Assembly (NCBI GenBank): GCA_033442325.1
Contig: JAWQFM010000031.1
Coordinates: 460,588-524,587, forward strand
DNA from: Salpingoeca rosetta
Lineage: Eukaryota; Protista; Choanoflagellata
Length of the DNA stretch: 64,000 bases
Direction of reading: 5' to 3'
Shown here piece after piece: positions 57,101 through 64,000 of this stretch. Position 1 is the stretch's first letter. Every line of letters begins with the position of its first letter. Position numbers and translations under genes: made by a program. A model generated the notes under the pieces. The model saw only the letters and a program-made list of their open reading frames with translations. It did no database searches and was not told the DNA's origin.

Positions 57101-59355
57101 GAGGATGCTGCGACGGCGTGCAAGTTGTGCGAGGCAGGCGTGAACTATGCCGGGAGCGCTGGGCTGACGAGGTGCACGTCTGTGAGCGAGTGCGGCGCTG
57201 GCGAGGAGGAGACGAGCGCGCCGACAGCGTCAACGGACCGGGTGTGCAGCACGTGCGCGTCTGGCAAGTTCAAGGCAACGACTGGGCAGACGCCGTGCGA
57301 GGCTGTGTCGACGTGCGAGGAGGACGAGTACGTGTACCGTGCGGCGACTGTGAGCACGGACACGCAGTGCCGAGCGCTGACGGCGTGCAGTGATGAGCAG
57401 TATGAGACGCGCGCGCCGACAGTGAACAGCGACCGGGAGTGCACGGGGCTGACGACGTGCGGGAGCGGGGAGTACGAGACGCGTGCGCCGACGGCGACGA
57501 CGGACCGCAAGTGTGCGAGTGTGACGCAGTGCGACTTGACGCAGTTTGTGGTGTCGAAGCCGACGGCGACAACGGACCGGGACTGCGCTGAGTGCGACCG
57601 GTGCGATAGCGGGACGCAGTATGAGACGGCGACGTGCACGGCGACGACGAACAGGGTGTGTGCGGACCTGACGGTGTGTGCGGACACGGAGTACGAGTCT
57701 GTTGCCGCGACGGACTCGAGCGACCGCAAGTGCTCGAGCTGCCGGGAATGCACGTCGTCTGAGTATCTTGTGTCTGGGTGCAGCGAGAGCGCGAATGCTG
57801 TGTGCAAGGCGTGCACTGAGTGCCCAAGCGGGACGTTTGTGTCGACGGCGTGCACGCCGCTTGCTGATGCCGAGTGCACGGAATGCACGCGGTGCGGGAG
57901 CGGGTACTTTGTGCAGTCGCCGTGCACGAGCGAGGCAGACACGACGTGCAAGCGGTGCCGGTCGTGTGCGAGCGGAGAGTATCTGCACACGGCGTGCACG
58001 AGCAGCGCTGATGCTGTGTGCCGGAAGGTGAGCACGTGCGATGTGGATGCTGGGTATGAGGTGAAGGCGCCGACGGCGACGACAGACCGGGAGTGCCGGG
58101 CGCTGACCACGTGCGATGGTGAGAGCGAGTTTGAGTCTCGTGCACCGACGCTGACGAGCGACCGCGTGTGCAGCAAGCTGACGACGTGCACGAGCAGCCA
58201 GTATGAGAAGACTGCTGCGACATCGACGAGCGACCGCGTGTGCAGCAAGCTGACGACGTGCACGAGCAGCCAGTACGAGAAGACTGCTGCGACATCGACG
58301 AGCGACCGCATGTGCAGCAAGCTGACGACGTGCACCGAGCAGCCAGTATGAGAAGACTGCTGCGACATCGACGAGCGACCGCGTGTGCAGCAAGCTGACG
58401 ACGTGCACGAGCAGCCAGTATGAGAAGACTGCTGCGACATCGACGAGCGACCGCATGTGCAGCAAGCTGACGACGTGCACGAGCAGCCAGTACGAGAAGA
58501 CTGCTGCGACATCGACGAGCGACCGCGTGTGCTGCCGTCATTGTGCTTCTGTGGAGCAGCTGTATAATTGCACAGCAGATCATCCCGGCATTTGTACCTG
58601 TGCACCCGGTTGAGTCTCATGCATTTTGAACGGATGTGACTGTTGAAGGATGAGAGGGTTGGTTACAAGTCGTTCTCACGCATTCTCACGCACTCACGCA
58701 GAAACTGGTTTGTCCATGTCGTTGCTGTAATTCAGGTTCTTTGAATCCACGGATCCAGGAGAGAACGCAACTACACCCTGTCGTGAGTGTGACCTGTGCC
58801 CTCCAGGTTACATTCGTGAGGGGTGCGGTAATTCTACTGCAGGTGTGTGCGTGGGCGTGACATGTGAACCACCACCCGTGATTGATGGCGCAGCGATGGC
58901 AGTGGCCAACTCGAGCAGATTCCCGTGCAGTACCTCGTACGCATGTGTCCCCGGGTATCTGCTGCATGGGAAGCACCTGGTGCATTGCCTGGAGAACGGG
59001 TCATGGCCGCTGGATACAGTCCCCACGTGCGATCCTGTGAGATGTGAGTTGCTGACTCCTCCAAACCACGGAAGCGTGCAAGTGACCAACGATGGAAGAT
59101 ACCCTTCACAAGCTGTCTTTGCTTGCCAGGAAGACTACGAATTGCGTGGTATAGCCGTGCAGCAATGCGGCGTGGATGGGTCGTGGTCTGGCACAGTTCC
59201 ACTTTGCCTGCAACTGTGCAAGCACGGCTTCGGGCGTGTCGGCGACACTGGAGACTGTGCTGACATTGATGAATGTGAACGCGGCACTGCACCGTGCCAT
59301 CGAAATGCAACTTGCATGAACACAATCGGGAGCTTTCAGTGTAGAAACACGACAG
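51770..59355 (+). CDS. Large extracellular Cys-rich protein: Cys-Asp micro-exon repeats, many TNFR-like repeats, two Sushi/CCP domains, Ca-binding EGF; 3' end beyond the retrotransposon; start uncertain
   Basis: CDxxCD micro-exons 52641-54613; PT.TSDR.C repeats 55296-58530; CEPPP..YACVPGY..C..NGSW..PTC and FACQEDY..C..DGSWSG..P.C; CADIDEC...CHRNATCMNTIGSFQC. Confidence 0.85.
58154..58533 (+). repeat. 72-bp coding tandem repeat (~5 copies; TSDRVCSKLTTCTSSQYEKTAATS)
   Basis: Near-identical units; extra C near 58335 shifts the frame. Confidence 0.92.
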
Positions 59356-59372
59356 GTGGTGTGTGTGTTTAC

Positions 59373-59899
59373 TGTAGGCAAACGCAACAAACAAGAACAC
59401 AAGGAGAATGAACAAGCACAACAAGCTGCTGCCAAATCAACTCGGGCAGCACGCTCAAACAAACACTAGACAAGTGCACACACAGTCAATGACGCTGTCA
59501 AGGCGACATGGGCAGAGTGTGCACGAACACAAACAATCTAAACAATGAGCAGCATGCATACATGCGCGCAGAGCAATGCTAGGCATGGCATGAATGCTTG
59601 CAGGCAAGCATGCACAACAGACAACACTTCACAACACTACATGGCACGCAGGCATAGCATTTGCCAAGCATGACGGGCATGCACACACACACACACACAC
59701 ATGGCACACAACTCACGTGTGCAGGGGAAGGAGGAGGAGAGAAGAGGCAGTTGGCACACATGCATGCCAGCAGAGAGGAAGGAATGTTTGCCAACGGAAA
59801 AACCACAAAGCAGGTGTTGTTGGCAAACAAGACAAAACCACATGAGAAGGCAAATTAGGAAGGACTCAACACAAAACAGAAACTCACTGACTCTCAACA
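59373..59899 (-). repeat. 3' LTR of the copia element, preceded by polypurine tract GAGGGGGAG (59908-59900)
   Basis: PPT directly followed by TGTTGAG; candidate end ...CCTACA at 59373 (left boundary inferred). Confidence 0.7.
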
Positions 59900-62800
59900 C
59901 TCCCCCTCAACTGCCTTCCTCTGCTCCGTCTCAGCCGTCGATGTTCCCACCAGTCGTGGAAGGTGCTGCTCGAAGGTCTGCTTGTCCAGTGCCTTGGTCA
60001 GCGCGTCGGCAACCATCTGCGTGCCGGGACAGTACTGCAGCACAATGGTTCCGTCAGCGATGAGCTCCCGCACGAAGTGGTGGCGTACCCGGATGTGCTT
60101 CGTGCGCGGCTTGGTGACGTGGTCGTTGCCGATGGCGATGGCCGCCTGGTTATCTGTCAGCATCTTGGTGGCTCCATCCTCGGGCTCGCCGAGGTCCATG
60201 AGCAGCTGCCGCAGGAAGACGACGTCCTGCGCTGCTGCGGAGACGGCCATGTACTCGGCCTCGGCGGTGCTCAGCGCAACCGTGGGTTGCAGCCGGCTGC
60301 TCCAAGACACAAGACAGCCGTTGATGTAGCAGGTGAAGCCCGTCGTGGAGCGGCCCGTCAGCTGGTCCGTGCCGAAGCTGGCATCGCTGTAGCACACAAG
60401 GTCCAGCGGCTGGTCCTTGCGCGTGCCGCTGCGTCGCTTGAAGAGGAGGCCGTGCTCGCTCGTCGCCTTCAGGTACCGCACGACGTGCTGGCTGCCTGCC
60501 AGTGGANNNNNNNNNNNNNNNNNNNNNNNNNNNNNNNNNNNNNNNNNNNNNNNNNNNNNNNNNNNNNNNNNNNNNNNNNNNNNNNNNNNNNNNNNNNNNN
60601 NNNNNNNNNNNNNNNNNNNNNNNNNNNNNNNNNNNNNNNNNNNNNNNNNNNNNNNNNNNNNNNNNNNNNNNNNNNNNNNNNNNNNNNNNNNNNNNNNNNN
60701 NNNNNNNNNNNNNNNNNNNNNNNNNNNNNNNNNNNNNNNNNNNNNNNNNNNNNNNNNNNNNNNNNNNNNNNNNNNNNNNNNNNNNNNNNNNNNNNNNNNN
60801 NNNNNNNNNNNNNNNNNNNNNNNNNNNNNNNNNNNNNNNNNNNNNNNNNNNNNNNNNNNNNNNNNNNNNNNNNNNNNNNNNNNNNNNNNNNNNNNNNNNN
60901 NNNNNNNNNNNNNNNNNNNNNNNNNNNNNNNNNNNNNNNNNNNNNNNNNNNNNNNNNNNNNNNNNNNNNNNNNNNNNNNNNNNNNNNNNNNNNNNNNNNN
61001 NNNNNNNNNNNNNNNNNNNNNNGGCTGAAGCCCCTTGGCGGACCCCAGCGTGGCCTTGAAGCGCGTCAAGCGTGCCCTTTCCGCATCACGCTTCACCTTG
61101 AAGAAGGAAGCGTGACTTGAGGGGGCGTGTTGTTGCCTTGCCACGGCGCTGCGTGGGATGAGCTTGATGACGCCGTTGCGCTCCATTGCCCCCGATTTTC
61201 CTTCCAAGCATGCCTGAGTCCCCTGCTTGCGGTGCTGGCTTTTGAGGGGCTTGCTTGATGCTGCCGGGTTCCGGGAGGCGGGGGTCGCCACTGCTGCTTG
61301 CTGGGAACGCGCCTGCCTTGGGGGTCGCTTGCATCTGTTTGTGTCGGGGGTCGTAGTTGGCGTCGTTGGGTGTCGCTGCTTGCTTTGGCGTCCAAAGTCC
61401 CGGGAACCAGGGAAGTCTGTCTCGACATCCTTCGTCCCTGCTCCTTCGTCGATGTGAACCCGTTGGGTGGCTCACCGTCAGTGGGTGCTGTTGCTGCTGT
61501 CACGTGCACTGGGGAAGCTGGGAGCATGGACGATGTCGTGGATGTCTGCACTTGCTCCTCCCCCTCATCCACGACATCATCGGCCTTGGAGAAGGGAAGG
61601 AAGCGGACGTGGATGGAGGACACAACGGTGTTTGTGTCTTCAAAGTAGACGAGGTGGCTGTTGCTGCTGCTGTTGTGGCCGACGTAGATGCCTCGGCGGC
61701 CCTTGGGCTGCAGGCGTCCGCGCTGTGTGCTGATGTGGACGACGGCCGGCTGCCCGAAGACGTGCAGCTGTGGCACGTGCTTGGGCAGCGCGCCCGTGAC
61801 AATCTGCAGCGGTGTCTTGCCGTGGAGGGAAGGGCGAGGCATGTTGTTGAGGATGTGGAGGGCGTGGTTGCAGGCGAGGCTCCAGTACGATGCGTCGAGG
61901 CCTGCACCCGTGATCATGGCTCGCACCATGTCGGAGAGGGTGCGCACCTGTCGCTCGACGATGCCGTTCTGCGCCTGGGTGTACGGCGGGGACTGCTGGT
62001 GCTGCTTCAGGTGCTTCTTGACGATGGCCTGGAAGTCAGCTCCGAGGAAGATGGCATCGGAATCCGTCTGGAGTGCTGTTGTTGTGGGCGAGATGGGGAG
62101 CTTGGTCTCGCGCAGGAAAGACTGGAACGCGGCAACTGCGTCCTTCTTGGCATTGAGATGGACTGCATGCAGGAGCTTGCTGCCCTCATCGACGATGACG
62201 AGGCTGTAGCGCTTGCCCGTGGGTGAGTCCGCGGTCCAGTCGACGATGTCGGCGTGGATGCGCTCGCCGGGCACCTGTGTGCGCTCCGCGTGCTTGCTGA
62301 CGCTGTGACGAGTGCTCTTGGTCACTGCACACGTTGCGCACTGCTTGCTGCTGATGGCGTTGCGATCGTCGATGCCCATCAGCTTGCAGTACTGCTGCAC
62401 GTCGTTGTCGTTGCGGTGGCCAAGCACCTCATGCATCGATGGTGTCTGCACCTTGCTCTGGGCTGCAGGAGCTGCTGCGGGTTGCTGTGGTTGCTTGCAG
62501 GCATCGGCGGTGAGACCGTGTGCCGTGGATGGACCAACAGCAACAATGGGCCAGCATCGGAGGCTGCTGCGCTCCTTCAGCTTGACCTCGGCTCCGTGGC
62601 TGAAGCGCACGTAGTGCCCATCAGCGCCATCACGCTGCGAGTGGCCCGTTGGCCTGCCGCTGCTGTCCCTGGTCAGACGACCGAGGGCGATGAGGTTGGC
62701 CTGGCCCTCGGGCACGTAGAGGCACTCCTGCAACACAATCTGCATCGTGGCTCCGCTCGTCGTGCGTGCATGCAACAGCACAGAGCCAACACCGCGCACG

Positions 62801-64000
62801 GGCACACGTGTGCCGCCAAACGCAGTGATGTGGCGTGGATGATGCTGTNNNNNNNNNNNNNNNNNNNNNNNNNNNNNNNNNNNNNNNNNNNNNNNNNNNN
62901 NNNNNNNNNNNNNNNNNNNNNNNNNNNNNNNNNNNNNNNNNNNNNNNNNNNNNNNNNNNNNNNNNNNNNNNNNNNNNNNNNNNNNNNNNNNNNNNNNNNN
63001 NNNNNNNNNNNNNNNNNNNNNNNNNNNNNNNNNNNNNNNNNNNNNNNNNNNNNNNNNNNNNNNNNNNNNNNNNNNNNNNNNNNNNNNNNNNNNNNNNNNN
63101 NNNNNNNNNNNNNNNNNNNNNNNNNNNNNNNNNNNNNNNNNNNNNNNNNNNNNNNNNNNNNNNNNNNNNNNNNNNNNNNNNNNNNNNNNNNCGCCTCTGC
63201 GTGGCGGTGCGCTTGCATGAAGCCGCCTGGCTTGCGGCTGTGTGCGTGAACCACGCATCTGCTGCTCCAGCTGCTGCAGCCTGATGCTGAGCTCGAGGAG
63301 GGAGGGAAAGCGGCCACTGGCAAAGTAGGGAAAGCGTGAGCGGGGCTGTCCAGCGTGGCAGCTGCTTCCAGACGATGGTGAAGAGGTCCTCGTTGTCCTG
63401 GCGCACGCCTGCGTCCTGCAACTGCTGCTGCAGCTCCATTTGTCGCTCGAAGAAGCGGGCGAGGTTGCCGCAGGGGACGTGAAGCTGCGCCTCCTTGAGC
63501 TCTGCGATGCGGAGGCGGTCCTGCGAAGCGTAGTGGTCCTTGAGCCGGGCCCATCCTTGGCCGGCGTTGACGTCTGCTTCTCCGTTGGTGAAGAGGAGAA
63601 GGGGGTAGCCTGAGAGCGTGGACGCGATGAGGTTTGCAGCGGTGAGGTTGGCGTGATCTCCTGCTGTCGGTCTCCTTGCACTTGAGCGTGTCGCTGAGCT
63701 TGGACCTCCTGATGACGATGCTCCTGCCTCCACAGCTGCCCAGACGTCGTCGCCGCGCAGCTTGAGCGCCATCTTCATGCGAATGCTCCACGCATGAAAG
63801 GTGCCGGGCGAGCCAGAGAACTTGGGCAGGTCCATCTTGAATCCTGGCGTGGAAACGACGTGGTCCGACGGGTCAGACATACTGCACGCTCAAGAAGGGT
63901 GATGGAGAAACAAGAGAGGGGAACAAGCAGAAGGGAGAGAAGAAGCACAAGCGAGTGTGAGACAAGTGGCGATGATGATCAGGAGTGGCTGGGTCTCATA
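59373..64000 (-). mobile_element. Ty1/copia LTR retrotransposon (gag-PR-IN-RT-RNaseH); 5' LTR just outside window
   Basis: Gag from ATG 63880 (LPKFSG...W..RMK..L); integrase HEVLGH..CATC and D-D-E (IHADI, LQTDS, QNGIVER); RNaseH YSDAS..RSTTG..VALSTAEAEY..DNQAA..RTKHI..MVADALTKAL; IN precedes RT/RH. Confidence 0.96.

Noticed and set aside
58154-58533. Regular repeats as a CRISPR-like array
   Set aside because: No unique spacers; coding tandem repeat in a eukaryotic gene

Overview
Intron-rich eukaryotic draft scaffold with nine N-gaps and introns packed with (GT/CA)n microsatellites. The style and gene content suggest a choanoflagellate such as Salpingoeca rosetta (inference). Genes recognised from manually spliced exons, left to right: 3' part of a Deg/HtrA-PDZ protease (+); TMEM231 (-) head-to-head with HAUS1 (+); a secreted CxPxR sulfatase (+); meiotic HORMA protein HOP1/HORMAD (-); a very long coiled-coil protein with dynein-adaptor-like motifs (+), with two stray importin-11-like exons in one intron; two related divergent bHLH genes facing each other around a YTT-repeat membrane ORF; a membrane-anchored stanniocalcin-like protein (-); a large Cys-Asp/TNFR-like/CCP/EGF extracellular protein (+); and a Ty1/copia retrotransposon (-) inserted in an intron of that gene. 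The most unexplained signal is a ~600-nt microsatellite-free island at ~18770-19380, between the divergent HOP1 and coiled-coil genes. It can fold into many nested hairpins whose G-U pairs work on the minus strand, and it matches no RNA family I recognise. All homology calls are from recalled motifs, not database searches.
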